64,000 nucleotides of DNA from an uncultured Pseudomonadota bacterium (GTDB lineage Bacteria; Pseudomonadota; Alphaproteobacteria; Acetobacterales; Acetobacteraceae), in the NCBI GenBank assembly GCA_963791885.1, contig CAWBUL010000005.1, forward strand, positions 1,942,356 to 2,006,355, written 5' to 3'. The notes under the pieces were generated by a model, which worked only from the letters and a program-made list of their open reading frames with translations, was not told where the DNA came from and searched no databases. Every line of letters starts with the position of its first letter. Positions within the stretch are counted from its first letter, which is position 1. Below, in pieces: positions 42,285 through 51,925 of this stretch. A program made the position numbers and the translations under genes.

Positions 42285-44231
42285 ATGTTCGCACCATTGA
42301 GCTGGCTTGCTGATTCGGACGCCCTGACGCCCGACGGATTTTGCCTGGCGTGGGAGCCAGGCTTGATCTGGCTGCAGGCAGGATCGGATCTGGTTATCGC
42401 GGCGTCCTACTATTCGATTCCCCTGGCGCTTGTGGTGTTCGCTCGCCGGCGTACCGATCTTGCCTTCCGCTGGATTCTGTTGCTGTTCGCAGCCTTCATC
42501 CTGGCGTGCGGCACCACCCACCTGTTCAGCGTTCTGACCTTGTGGGTGCCCGCGTACTGGGCCGAAGGAGTTGTGAAGGCCGTCACGGCGGTGATTTCAA
42601 TCATCACTGCTCTATGTCTCTGGCCGCTGATCCCGCGCCTGATCGCACTGCCGTCGCCCGCGGCCCTGGAGCGGGAGATCGAAGCACGCGACCAGGCCAG
42701 CCGTCAGCTTGCGGAAAGCGAGGCCCGCTATCGATCGCTGTTCATCCGCGCCCCGGCTGCCATGCATTCGGTCGATCAGCAGGGGCGGATCATCGCTGCC
42801 AGCGACATGTGGCTCGAGCTGCTTGGTTACGCGCGGAACGATGTCGAGGGGCGCCCGCTCTCCGAATTCCAGGAGCCGGGATCGCCGACCGACGACTGGA
42901 CCGAGACGCGCAATCAGGAGCGGCGCTTCGTGTGCAAGTCGGGCGCGGTGATCGACGCGCTGTTGTCGTCCACGCAAGAGCAGGACGCTTTGGCGATGGG
43001 ATGGCGGGCCGTCGGCGTGCTGATCGATGTGACTGCCCGCAAGCGGGCGGAGTCAGCGCTGCTGGACAGCGAGGAGCGGCTGCGCCAGGCCGAGAAGTTG
43101 ACGGCGCTTGGCCAGCTCGCCGGCGGCATCGCGCATGATTTCAACAACGTACTCCAAGCGATACAGGGCGCCGTCACCCTGCTTTCTCGCAATCGCGCCG
43201 ATCCCTCGGCGGTCGCGCGCTACGCGGCCCTGATCGATGAGGCCACAAGCCGCGCATCCTCAGTCACGCGCAGGCTGCTGGCGTTCGCGCGGCGCGACAC
43301 GTTGCGCGCGGCGCCCATTGGCGTGCAAGGCCTGCTGGGAGGCATGCGTGAATTGCTGACGCACACGCTGGGCACGGGCATCACGGTGGCCATCGATGTG
43401 CAATCCGCACTGCCGGACATCCTTGCCGATCGCGGGCAGCTTGAAACGGTGCTGCTGAACCTTGCCACCAATGCACGCGATGCCATGCCGTCAGGCGGTC
43501 GGCTGACGCTGTCTGCGGCGGTGCATGAGGTCCTGACCGAGGATCAGCCGCTCGGACTTGCCCGCGGTGAGTACGTGCGGCTTTCGGTCACCGATACCGG
43601 CGTGGGCATGGATGCCACGACGCTGACCCACGCCATGGAGCCGTTCTTTACCACCAAGCCGCAGGGCAAGGGTACGGGGCTGGGGTTGGCGACGGCACGC
43701 GGTTTCGCGGGACAATCAGGCGGTGCGTTGGGTATCGAGAGCGCCCCAGGTCTGGGAACCACGGTCAGCCTGTGGCTCCCCGTCACCGACGCGCATGCGC
43801 CGAATGTATCGCGCGACGCGCGCGATGCCCCCGGTCACCATACGGTCCACGTCTTGCTCGTGGATGACGATGCCATGGTCCGAGAGGTACTCGCGTCGGA
43901 ACTTGCGGACCGAGGTTTCGAAGTCATGCAGGCTGAAAACGCTCAGCATGCGCTGGATCTTCTCGTTGCCGATAGAACGATCGATCTGCTGATTTCGGAC
44001 CAGGCCACGCCCGGGACGGATGGGCTGACCCTGATCCGCATGGTGCGCGAACGCCAACCGGGGCTGCCGGCAATCCTGCTGACGGGCTATGCCAACGAAG
44101 CCACGGCGCTGGTGGCCAGCGGGTTCGTTGGATCGTTCACCCTGTTGCACAAGCCGATCACCGGGACCGAACTGGCGGATCGGGCGGCAGATTTGGTGGA
44201 CGCGGCGCGCGCAACGGATGTGGCACAGTAG
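42285..44231 (+). CDS. Hybrid histidine kinase with an ETR1-like (ethylene-binding-domain-like) three-helix N-terminus, PAS, HisKA, HATPase and REC
   Basis: 648 aa. The N-terminal helices SDLVIAASYYSIPLALVVF, FRWILLLFAAFILACGTTHL and KAVTAVISIITALCLWPLIP resemble ETR1. They are followed by a PAS domain, LGQLAGGIAHDFNNVLQ, NLATNARDAMP, DTGVGMD, GTGLGL and a receiver domain VLLVDDD...DQATPGTDG. Confidence 0.85.
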   Translation: MFAPLSWLADSDALTPDGFCLAWEPGLIWLQAGSDLVIAASYYSIPLALVVFARRRTDLAFRWILLLFAAFILACGTTHLFSVLTLWVPAYWAEGVVKAVTAVISIITALCLWPLIPRLIALPSPAALEREIEARDQASRQLAESEARYRSLFIRAPAAMHSVDQQGRIIAASDMWLELLGYARNDVEGRPLSEFQEPGSPTDDWTETRNQERRFVCKSGAVIDALLSSTQEQDALAMGWRAVGVLIDVTARKRAESALLDSEERLRQAEKLTALGQLAGGIAHDFNNVLQAIQGAVTLLSRNRADPSAVARYAALIDEATSRASSVTRRLLAFARRDTLRAAPIGVQGLLGGMRELLTHTLGTGITVAIDVQSALPDILADRGQLETVLLNLATNARDAMPSGGRLTLSAAVHEVLTEDQPLGLARGEYVRLSVTDTGVGMDATTLTHAMEPFFTTKPQGKGTGLGLATARGFAGQSGGALGIESAPGLGTTVSLWLPVTDAHAPNVSRDARDAPGHHTVHVLLVDDDAMVREVLASELADRGFEVMQAENAQHALDLLVADRTIDLLISDQATPGTDGLTLIRMVRERQPGLPAILLTGYANEATALVASGFVGSFTLLHKPITGTELADRAADLVDAARATDVAQ

Positions 44232-44250
44232 AAAGTTGAGGGAAGGGCGC

Positions 44251-44793
44251 CTATCCGCTCGACACCAGGCCATTGATGGTCTTGGCGATCTGCTGCCACT
44301 CTGATGAGGCGATGTACTGGTCCGTCAGCGACGCCATCTGCGCCACATCCGTGCAGTCATCCAGTGAGTAGGTCTGAGTGAACACGGGATTGGCGCGAAT
44401 ATAGGTCGATCCCCGCAGCATCATCTGCGCGGTCAGATCGTTGATCTGGCTGCTCCCGGCGAACATCGCCTCGATCAGCGGAAAGGCGGGCGAGGTTCCA
44501 TCCTGGTATGGCCACATCCATCCAAGAATGCCGCCAGGGAAGATAGCGTCGGATGGCGGATAGGAGTTGCTGACGTCGCCTGTCCCGAGGGAGACGGGGG
44601 CGACACTGCCGGGTGCGGGCCCGTTTGCGCCCGAAAGCGAACTCGCCGAATAGCAGGCCGCGGCGACAGTGCAGGGATTGTCGGCACAGACGCCGCCATC
44701 CACGAACGAACCGGGCGTGATGGTGTGGGGCGGGAAGAACAGCGGCGCGGCCGCGCTGCACATCGCGGTGTCAATCAGGCTCGTGGCGCTTAG
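44251..44793 (-). pseudogene. Patatin-like phospholipase, C-terminal part (separated from its N-terminal part by a nested IS insertion)
   Basis: SATSLIDTAMCSAAAPLFFPPH...FVDGGVCADNP contains the catalytic Asp (DGG) motif. Sequence upstream of 44793 in this ORF belongs to the IS5 end. Confidence 0.8.
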
Positions 44794-44948
44794 GGAAACT
44801 CTGATCAACCCCGCCATCTGCGCCGCCCGGTCGTGGTGGTGGCGAAGACGGAGAAATCTGGATGCGACCTGAGGCCGGAATTCGGCGTTCGCGGGCCGGT
44901 TCGGCCGGTCTGCCGGATCGTCGCAGCGCTGCGGACGCAGCTCTCCTC

Positions 44949-45039
44949 TCACGCAGCCAGTAGCGACCTTCGAGCGAGGTAAAGATTGGCGAGGCCGCAG
45001 GTGACGAACAGCCGGTGGGCATTCTTGTCCAACCCGCGA
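44949..45039 (-). pseudogene. IS5-family transposase, C-terminal 30 codons
   Basis: RGLDKNAHRLFVTCGLANLYLARRSLLAA* continues ...KVRY from the other side of the IS630 copy. Confidence 0.8.
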
Positions 45040-45041
45040 TA

Positions 45042-46179
45042 GTGCTCTGACTCATACGGACGATGCAGGCAATCTTTCGAGCTTGGCAAGGATTGAGGCG
45101 GTGACTGCGGTCCAGACGAATGGGCGTGGTTCTGCATTTCGCTCAGCGAGGTAAGTCTTAATGGCAGCCTGCAGGCTGACGAGGGAGTGGAAGCTGCCGC
45201 GCCGGATGCGTTGTCGGGTAAGAGCGGAGAAGAAGGTCTCCACCGCGTTCAGCCATGACCCGGAGGTTGGCGTGAAGTGGAAGGTCCATCGGTCATGGCG
45301 TGCCAGCCAGGCCTGTACCTTTCGGTGCCGGTGGGTGGCGTAGTTGTCGACGACCGCATGGACCAACTTGCCGGACGGCACCTCGCGTTCGACGGCATTG
45401 AGGAAGCGGATGAACTCCTCGTGCCGGTGTCGCTGCATGCAGCGACCGATCACCGTACCCTTCAGCACGTTCAATGCGGCGAACAACGTCGTCGTTCCAT
45501 GGCGTTTGTAGTCGTGGGTCATGGTGCCGCAGCGGCCGGGTTTCAGCGGCAGTCCAGGCTGGGTACGGTCGAGCGCCTGGATTTGGCTCTTTTCGTCGAT
45601 CGACAGCACCACCGCGTGGGCGGGCGGATCGAGATAAAGGCCGATGATATCCGCCATTTTCTCAGCGAACTGCGGATCACGCGAGCGCTTGAAGCTGCGC
45701 ACGCGGTGCGGCTGGAGTTGGTGCGCCGCCCAGATGCGCTGCACCGAGCGCAGCGACATGGCGGTGGCGTTTGCCATGGCTCGCCCGGTCCAATACGTGG
45801 TCCCAGGGGGCGGCTCGCCACACGTGAGCGCCACGACGTGCGCCACTTTATCGGCCGGGATCGGTCGTTTGCCGGGCTTGCGCGTCTTGTCACGCAGCAA
45901 CCCGTCGGGACCTTCCTCGGCAAAACGCTGCTGCCAGCGCCAGACCATGGGGCGGCTGACGCTGATCTCTTTCGCCACATGTTGCACCGGCCGACCACTG
46001 GCCGAGGCCAGAACGACTCGGGCTCGCTCGATGTATTTGCCCGCTCGGTTGCGATCCGATGCTATTGCCTTAAGCCGCTTCCTGTCTGCCGCGCTCAACA
46101 ACACGCATACTGTCTGTGCCATGCTCACAAAATCGCATGGCAACCGCATGTTGTGAATCGATAGAATGCGTCAGAGCAA
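45042..46179 (-). mobile_element. IS630-family insertion sequence, copy 1 (1138 bp)
   Basis: Flanked by TA (45040-45041 and 46180-46181). The ends are GTGCTCTGACTCAT... and ...GAATGCGTCAGAGCAA. It contains a single 365-aa transposase ORF. Confidence 0.9.
45052..46149 (-). CDS. IS630-family transposase
   Basis: There is an HTH N-terminus (SVSRPMVWRWQQRF). The DDE region reads LSIDEKSQIQAL...VVDNYATHRH...FHFTPTSGSWLNAVETFF. The likely true start is MAQTV at 46122. Confidence 0.9.
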   Translation of the reverse strand: MRLPCDFVSMAQTVCVLLSAADRKRLKAIASDRNRAGKYIERARVVLASASGRPVQHVAKEISVSRPMVWRWQQRFAEEGPDGLLRDKTRKPGKRPIPADKVAHVVALTCGEPPPGTTYWTGRAMANATAMSLRSVQRIWAAHQLQPHRVRSFKRSRDPQFAEKMADIIGLYLDPPAHAVVLSIDEKSQIQALDRTQPGLPLKPGRCGTMTHDYKRHGTTTLFAALNVLKGTVIGRCMQRHRHEEFIRFLNAVEREVPSGKLVHAVVDNYATHRHRKVQAWLARHDRWTFHFTPTSGSWLNAVETFFSALTRQRIRRGSFHSLVSLQAAIKTYLAERNAEPRPFVWTAVTASILAKLERLPASSV

Positions 46180-46181
46180 TA

Positions 46182-47039
46182 GCGCACCTTCACAAATCCA
46201 AACACGCGCTTGATGACCCCGATACTATGCTCGACCTTCGCCCGTACCTTCGACTTGGTCCGATTGCGAGCTTTCTCTGCCTCATCGACAACACCGCGAT
46301 GACGATATCGCCGGTTGGTGAAGTCCTGTGCAGATGGAGCATGCTCGCGGATGACATGACGCTGGCCACGATAGGCCTGGTCGCCCCAGACACGCCGTTC
46401 CTCGCCATGTAGCAGGTCACCAAGCACGCTGGCATCATGCACATTCGCCGCAGTGGCCACCGCGGAATGGATCAGCCTGGTCCTGCTATCTACCCCGACA
46501 TGCGCCTTCATCCCGAAATACCACTGCTGGCCCTTGCGGGTCTGGTGCATCTCGGGGTCGCGCTGCTTTGTGGCATTCTTGGTCGAACTCGGAGCGCTGA
46601 TGATGGTCGCGTCCACGATCGTGCCGGTGCCCACCTTCAGACCCAGACTCTCAAGATGCTCGTTGACGGTGGCAAATATCTCAGTTCCAAGCTCGTGCTG
46701 CTCCAACAGGTGGCGGAACTTGCAAACCGTGGTCTCGTCCGGCACCGGCTCACGGCCGAGATCGATGCCGGCAAACTGCCGCATCGCAGCCAAGTCATAC
46801 AGCGCCTCCTCCACTCCGGGATCCGAGAGATTGAACCACAGCTGCAGGAAGTAGATGCGCAACATGCGTTCCAGTCCCACCGGTGGTCGGCCCCTGCCAG
46901 GCTTCGGATAGACCGGCTCGATCAGCGCACAGAGTTGCTGCCACGGCACTACCCGCTCCATCTCGGCAAGAAAGGCTCCCCGCCGTGTGGTCTTGCCGTA
47001 GCGTTCGAAGCTTACGCTCGCCAGGGTCGCTTGACGCAT
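46182..47039 (-). pseudogene. IS5-family transposase, N-terminal 286 codons (truncated by IS630 copy 1)
   Basis: MRQATLASVSFERYGKTTRRGAFLAEMERVVPWQQL...DATIISAPSSTKN...WYFGMKAHVGVD...GDQAYRG...VEHSIGVIKRVFGFVKVRY, after which the reading frame runs into the IS630 end. Confidence 0.85.
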
Positions 47040-47128
47040 CTCGTTCGGTCGATCCGAATGTAATCAATGCCACTCAACTACAGGCTGCTCCGTGACCGTG
47101 TCGAGATGGGATTCTTCAGAAGTCTCCT

Positions 47129-47692
47129 TAGATCCGGCGTCGTGGTCAGTCCCGGCAGGTTATGGAACACACAGGCCTGCCACGCATTGTTTTGGCCGGG
47201 GCTGATACGAAAGCTTGGTACGACGACGTATTTCTGCCGCTGCGTGGCAAGCTGCGCGAGGGTCATGGCGGGGAAGTTCGCCGTCAGCAGTGTTTGCAGT
47301 CCTATGCTTTGATATTTCGGGAAGGCCATTTGCTCCGCGGCTTCCATCACCAGCTGCAGGATCTTCGACCAGTCGATTTCCTCTCCGGCAGCCGCAGTTT
47401 GCGGCGGAATGGCAGCGGCGATGTGCGCACGCAGAGCGCGGGACTGAGCCTGGTTCAGATAGGGCGTGAAGATCTCGTTGCAGTTCGACATGGACTCATA
47501 AAGGGAGACGATGGTGCCGATCGGCACGCCGGCGGCGAGGCCGAGCGCGATAATGCTGCCGGTCGATGTGCCCGCGAACAGCGAAACGCTCTGCAGGAAT
47601 GCCGGATCCAGGCTCTGCAGCAGCTTGGCGGTGATCACCCCGCGCACGCCGCCGCCATCGTAGGACAGGATAATGAATGGCGGATTGGCCAT
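47129..47692 (-). pseudogene. Patatin-like phospholipase, N-terminal part
   Basis: ILSYDGGGVRGV is the oxyanion GGGxRG motif, and FAGTSTGSIIAL is the GxSxG nucleophile elbow. The native sequence ends at ...TTTPDL (47129). Confidence 0.85.
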
Positions 47693-47702
47693 GGCGCGCC
47701 TC

Positions 47703-49526
47703 CTATCTCACGACCGCCGCCGCGATCTCCCGGAACAGGCGGGCCGGCAGACTGCCGCCCTGCATGTCGGTCATCGGCGCCTCGTTGTCGTTGCCCATCC
47801 AGACGCCGATGATAGTCCCATCGACCGCCCCGATGAACCAGGCGTCGCGCGCATCCTGCGTGGTGCCGGTCTTGCCAGCGACATCGTGGCCGGGCAGCGC
47901 CGCCTCCCGCCCGGTGCCGCGCGCCACGACGGCCCGCAGCATACGCAGCATCTCCGCCGCCTGATCCGGCGGAATCACCTGCTCCGGCGGTGTGAGTGCG
48001 ATCGCCTCGGTGCGCCCATCCGTGCGAATGCCCCGAATCGCCGCAGGGGTGACACGCCGGCCACCATTGAAGAACGGAGCGTAGGCAGCGGCCAGTTCGA
48101 GCAACCCGACCTCCCCGGTGCCGAGCGCGATGGAAGCGTTGTCCGGCAGCTTGTCGGCAATGCCAAGACGCGCGGCGACGGCGGCGGCGACGCGGGGCCC
48201 TCCGGCACGCAGGAGCAGGCGGACGGCGGCGGTGTTGATGGATTGGGCCAGGGCTTGTTCGACGGTGATCTCGCCCAGATAGCGCCGCTCGAAATCGTGC
48301 GGCGACCAGTTGCCGAGCCGGATCGGTGCATCCAGTACGGTATCGTCCGGCGTCACGCCATGCTCCAGCGCGGCGAGCCACACGAAGGGCTTGAACGCGG
48401 AACCAGGCTGACGGCGCGCGAGCGTGGCGCGATTATAGGCGCTTTCCTGATAGTTGCGGCCGCCAACCATCGCACGCACCGCGCCGGTGGCGGAATCCAG
48501 CACGACCACCGCAGCTTGAGATGCGTGATGCGCGGCGCCCGGGCCGGCCAGCATGGTGGCGACGCTGCGCTCCGCTGCCTGCTGGATACGCGGATCGAGC
48601 GTGGTGAGGATCGAAGCATCCTGGTCGGGGGGGATGACCAATTCGGCCCGTTCCGCGGCCCAGTCGGCGAACCACCCGCCAGCCAGAACGGTGCCTTCAG
48701 GGAAGCGCATCCGGTCGGTGGCTGCCTGGGCCTGGGATGCCGTGATGTCGCCGTTCGACACCATGGCAGCCAGCACCTCGCGGGCGCGCGCGGCCGCGGC
48801 GTCCGGGTCGACGCGGGGGTTGAAGCGTGACGGGGCGCGCGGCAATCCCGCGATGACGGCGGCCTGCCAGAGCGAGAGCTGACGAGCGGAGACACCGAAA
48901 TAGACCCGCGCGGCGGCATCCACGCCCCAGGCGCCGGCGCCGAAATAGATGCGGTTGAGCCAGATCTCGAGGATCTGGCGCTTGGTGAAATGCTCACTGA
49001 GCCAGAGCGTGAGGATCAGTTCCTGCACCTTGCGGCGGAAGGTGCGCGCGTTCGACAGGAACAGATTCTTCGCGACCTGCTGCGTGATGGTCGATCCGCC
49101 TTGCACGATCCGGCCACGCGTCACGTCGGTCATGAACGCGCGGCCGATGCCGATCGGATCGATGCCGGGCTCGCTCCAGAAGCGATGATCCTCGATCGCC
49201 ACGGCGGCTTCCGGCACATAGGCAGGCAGATCGGACAGGTGGACGGTCTCGCCCACGATATCGCCATAGCTGGCGAAGATGCGGCCGGATGTGTCGGCCA
49301 GGGTCAGGCTGGGGCGGCGGACGGCGTCCAGCGCCAATTCGGGACGCGGCAGGTCGCGCGCGAACCACAGCAGCAGGGCGGCGGCGCCGAGGGTGCCCCA
49401 TATGCCGGCGATGATGAGCCGACGGAACCAGCGCCAGCGCAGGCGCGGGCGACGTACGGCACGCTCGGGCGCCGGTGCGCGGGCGGGAATGAGGCTGGAC
49501 TCGGACGCGGTCCGGGCGCGGGACAT
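47703..49526 (-). CDS. Class A penicillin-binding protein (glycosyltransferase GT51 + transpeptidase)
   Basis: 607 aa. GT51 motifs are EDHRFWSEPGIDP, GGSTITQQVAKN and RKVQE. Transpeptidase motifs are SAFKPF, SIN and KTGTT. Confidence 0.85.
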   Translation of the reverse strand: MSRARTASESSLIPARAPAPERAVRRPRLRWRWFRRLIIAGIWGTLGAAALLLWFARDLPRPELALDAVRRPSLTLADTSGRIFASYGDIVGETVHLSDLPAYVPEAAVAIEDHRFWSEPGIDPIGIGRAFMTDVTRGRIVQGGSTITQQVAKNLFLSNARTFRRKVQELILTLWLSEHFTKRQILEIWLNRIYFGAGAWGVDAAARVYFGVSARQLSLWQAAVIAGLPRAPSRFNPRVDPDAAAARAREVLAAMVSNGDITASQAQAATDRMRFPEGTVLAGGWFADWAAERAELVIPPDQDASILTTLDPRIQQAAERSVATMLAGPGAAHHASQAAVVVLDSATGAVRAMVGGRNYQESAYNRATLARRQPGSAFKPFVWLAALEHGVTPDDTVLDAPIRLGNWSPHDFERRYLGEITVEQALAQSINTAAVRLLLRAGGPRVAAAVAARLGIADKLPDNASIALGTGEVGLLELAAAYAPFFNGGRRVTPAAIRGIRTDGRTEAIALTPPEQVIPPDQAAEMLRMLRAVVARGTGREAALPGHDVAGKTGTTQDARDAWFIGAVDGTIIGVWMGNDNEAPMTDMQGGSLPARLFREIAAAVVR

Positions 49527-49621
49527 TCGGCGGCGTTGTACGCAAGCAGCGTGTTCGGCGGAAGCTTGCTCATCGGGTGTGGGGCTGGGCAGAGTGGCGC
49601 CACTGACAGCGGGGAACTTGG

Positions 49622-50527
49622 ATGCGCGGTATTTTCATGGACGCGGTGGATGACCTGGCCGACGTGTTCCGGCGCGTCGTGCGCGATGACGATCCACCGG
49701 TCGACGTGCAGGAGCGCGCGCATGTGGCGCCGGAGGAGCTGGCGGGATTGTTGCACGGCTACGATTTCGTGCTGGACGATCATACGCAGATGCCGACCGC
49801 GGCGATGCGCGAATGCCGCGACATCAAGCACATCATTTTTCTCGGCACCGGCGCGCGCAGCTACATGAACCCCGAGGAGCTCGCCGGGATCGGCAAGACG
49901 GTCCACATCATCAAGGGTTACGGCGACACGGCTGTGGCGGAGCACACGATCGCCCTGATGTGGGGCGCGGCCCGCGGGATCGCCCGGATGGACCGCGACA
50001 TGCGGCGTGGCGTGTGGACCCGGACAGAGGGGCCGCAACTGACCGGCAAGACGCTCGGCCTGATCGGCTACGGCGGCATCGGGGCGGAGGTGGCGCGCAT
50101 CGCGCATGGCAGCGGGATGCGCGTGCTGGCGTGGAATCGCTCGACCAAATCCGCGCCGGGTGTGACGTTCGTCGATCTGGACACGCTGCTGGCGGAGAGC
50201 CACGTGGTGTCGCTGCATCTGCTGCTGAATGACGAGACGCGCGGTTTCCTGAACGCGGAGCGGATCGCGCGGATGCGGCCGGGCGCCATCTTCGTGAACA
50301 CGGCGCGCGGCGCGCTCCTGGATGAGGAGGCGCTGATCGCCGGATTACGCGAAGGGCGGATTGCACATGCGGCGCTCGATGTATTCCACCAGGAGCCGCT
50401 GCCGGTGGATCATGCGTTCACGCGGTTGGAGAACGTGACGCTGTCGGCGCACAGCGCGTTCCGCACGCCGGAGGCGAGCGAGGCGCTGCTGCGGCGTGCC
50501 CTGGACATTGCGCGCAGGCTTGCGTAG
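49622..50527 (+). CDS. D-isomer-specific 2-hydroxyacid dehydrogenase family protein
   Basis: GKTLGLIGYGGIGAEVARIA is the NAD-binding motif. SLHLLLNDETRGF, NTARGALLDEEAL and AALDVFHQEPLP are also present. Confidence 0.8.
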   Translation: MRGIFMDAVDDLADVFRRVVRDDDPPVDVQERAHVAPEELAGLLHGYDFVLDDHTQMPTAAMRECRDIKHIIFLGTGARSYMNPEELAGIGKTVHIIKGYGDTAVAEHTIALMWGAARGIARMDRDMRRGVWTRTEGPQLTGKTLGLIGYGGIGAEVARIAHGSGMRVLAWNRSTKSAPGVTFVDLDTLLAESHVVSLHLLLNDETRGFLNAERIARMRPGAIFVNTARGALLDEEALIAGLREGRIAHAALDVFHQEPLPVDHAFTRLENVTLSAHSAFRTPEASEALLRRALDIARRLA

Positions 50528-50574
50528 CGGGGTTCATGTTGCGCGCCCCGCCGCCTGCCAACCCGGCGCGCTGT

Positions 50575-50655
50575 GCCCGCCTGGCGGAACGGTAGACGCA
50601 GCGGACTTAAAATCCGCGGCCCAGTGGCGTGGGGGTTCGACTCCCCCGGCGGGCA
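50575..50655 (+). tRNA. tRNA-Leu (anticodon UAA)
   Basis: Folded by hand. Acceptor stem GCCCGCC/GGCGGGC with discriminator A. D arm GCG-GAACGGTAGA-CGC. Anticodon stem-loop GCGGA-CTTAAAA-TCCGC. Long variable arm GGCCCAGTGGCGT. T arm GGGGG-TTCGACT-CCCCC. Confidence 0.85.
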
Positions 50656-50773
50656 TAAGCGATTGTTATTTTTCTGAAATCGCTCTGTCAGACAGGACCA
50701 TTTTGTTCCGCCTCTTAGGGTCATCGCCGTTCCTATGCGGGCATTATGCGGACGCTGCGGCTGAAAACCCAGC

Positions 50774-51184
50774 TTACCCCTCTTCCTTTTGTCCGGCCCC
50801 GAGTTTGACCAGGATCGCCTTGAGCGCCATCCGTTCCTCGTTCGAGAGCCGGGAAACATCCAGCTTCGGCGGCCCGGCCTGCTCCGCCTCAGTTTCCCTC
50901 ACCTTGCCCAGCCCGCGATCCAGCACCGTCTGTGCCGCCACGATCCGGCAACGGGTGTCCTCGCCCTCGTCGGTCACGATGGCAATCAGCGTCCGAATGG
51001 CATCGAGCGAGGCTTCAGCGGCGATCTTCTGGACCTCGCGACAGCGGCCGCCCACGCCGGACGGGTTGCCAGACTTCCCCTTTTGCCAAGGCGCGATGCG
51101 GCCATGCCCGTGCGACGGGATGATGAGGGACGGCGCAGTGCTGGAGGCAGTGGTACCAGTGCCGTGCCCGATCAGGGTTTCCAT
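50774..51184 (-). CDS. DUF5681-like phage/plasmid-associated protein
   Basis: 136 aa. PWQKGKSGNPSGVGG (GNP motif) followed by RIVAAQTVLDRGLGK is the pattern I recognise from DUF5681 proteins. Confidence 0.5.
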   Translation of the reverse strand: METLIGHGTGTTASSTAPSLIIPSHGHGRIAPWQKGKSGNPSGVGGRCREVQKIAAEASLDAIRTLIAIVTDEGEDTRCRIVAAQTVLDRGLGKVRETEAEQAGPPKLDVSRLSNEERMALKAILVKLGAGQKEEG

Positions 51185-51370
51185 GATGTGAGTTTACGCT
51201 AGGCGGTCGTCCGGAGACGAGCAGTTTTGCACGGCTCAGGCGCAAGTGACGCCCCGGCACCGTCGCGCGCACCGAGCCGAGCATCGGCCAACACGAAGGC
51301 GTTCTGGGGCAGCTCGTTGAAAGCCCGCTCTGCGCTGTCCTGCTGGGTTATGTTGTCCACGCGCGAGAGC

Positions 51371-51715
51371 CGACGTGCGCCACTTTATCGGCCGGGATCG
51401 GTCGTTTGCCGGGCTTGCGCGTCTTGTCACGCAGCAACCCGTCGGGACCTTCCTCGGCAAGATGCTGCTGCCAGCGCCAGACCATGGGGCGGCTGACGCT
51501 GATCTCTTTCGCCACATGTTGCACCGGCCGACCACTGGCCGAGGCCAGAACGACTCGGCTCGCTCGATGTATTTGCCCGCTCGGTTGCGATCCGATGCTA
51601 TTGCCCTAAGCCACTTGCTGTCTGCCGCGCTCAACAACACGCATACTGTTTGTGCCATGCTCACAGAATCGCATGGCCACCGCGTGTTGTGAATCGATAG
51701 AATGCGTCAGGGCAC
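51371..51715 (-). mobile_element. IS630-family remnant (right-end 345 bp, diverged, frameshifted)
   Basis: It aligns to 45835-46179 of copy 1 with several substitutions and a 1-nt deletion. It ends ...GAATGCGTCAGGGCAC followed by TA (51716-51717). Confidence 0.8.
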
Positions 51716-51925
51716 TAGCGTAGCGCGCGTCGCGCCGGAATCCAGCATGGGGTTTTCACACGGTCTGAATGAGTTCAGCATCGCATGTACAACAGCGCTG
51801 GTGGGCGCGCCCGATGGCCAGGCGGGGGCAGCAAAGGCGTACCCGAGAGATCCCACAGCCAGTGGCGGCTGACCGATAAACATGTGCGTTTAGCGATCCC
51901 CTTTTTGCGTCAGAGTAATAAGGTC

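Larger units (their letters stand above)
44794..47127 (-). mobile_element. IS5-family insertion sequence (1194 bp of its own sequence) interrupted by an IS630-family element
   Basis: Flanked by a 4-bp direct repeat TTAG (44790-44793 and 47128-47131). The ends GGAAACTCTGATCAA and the reverse complement GGAGACTTCTGAAGAA form imperfect inverted repeats. The transposase is split at 45041/46180. Confidence 0.8.
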
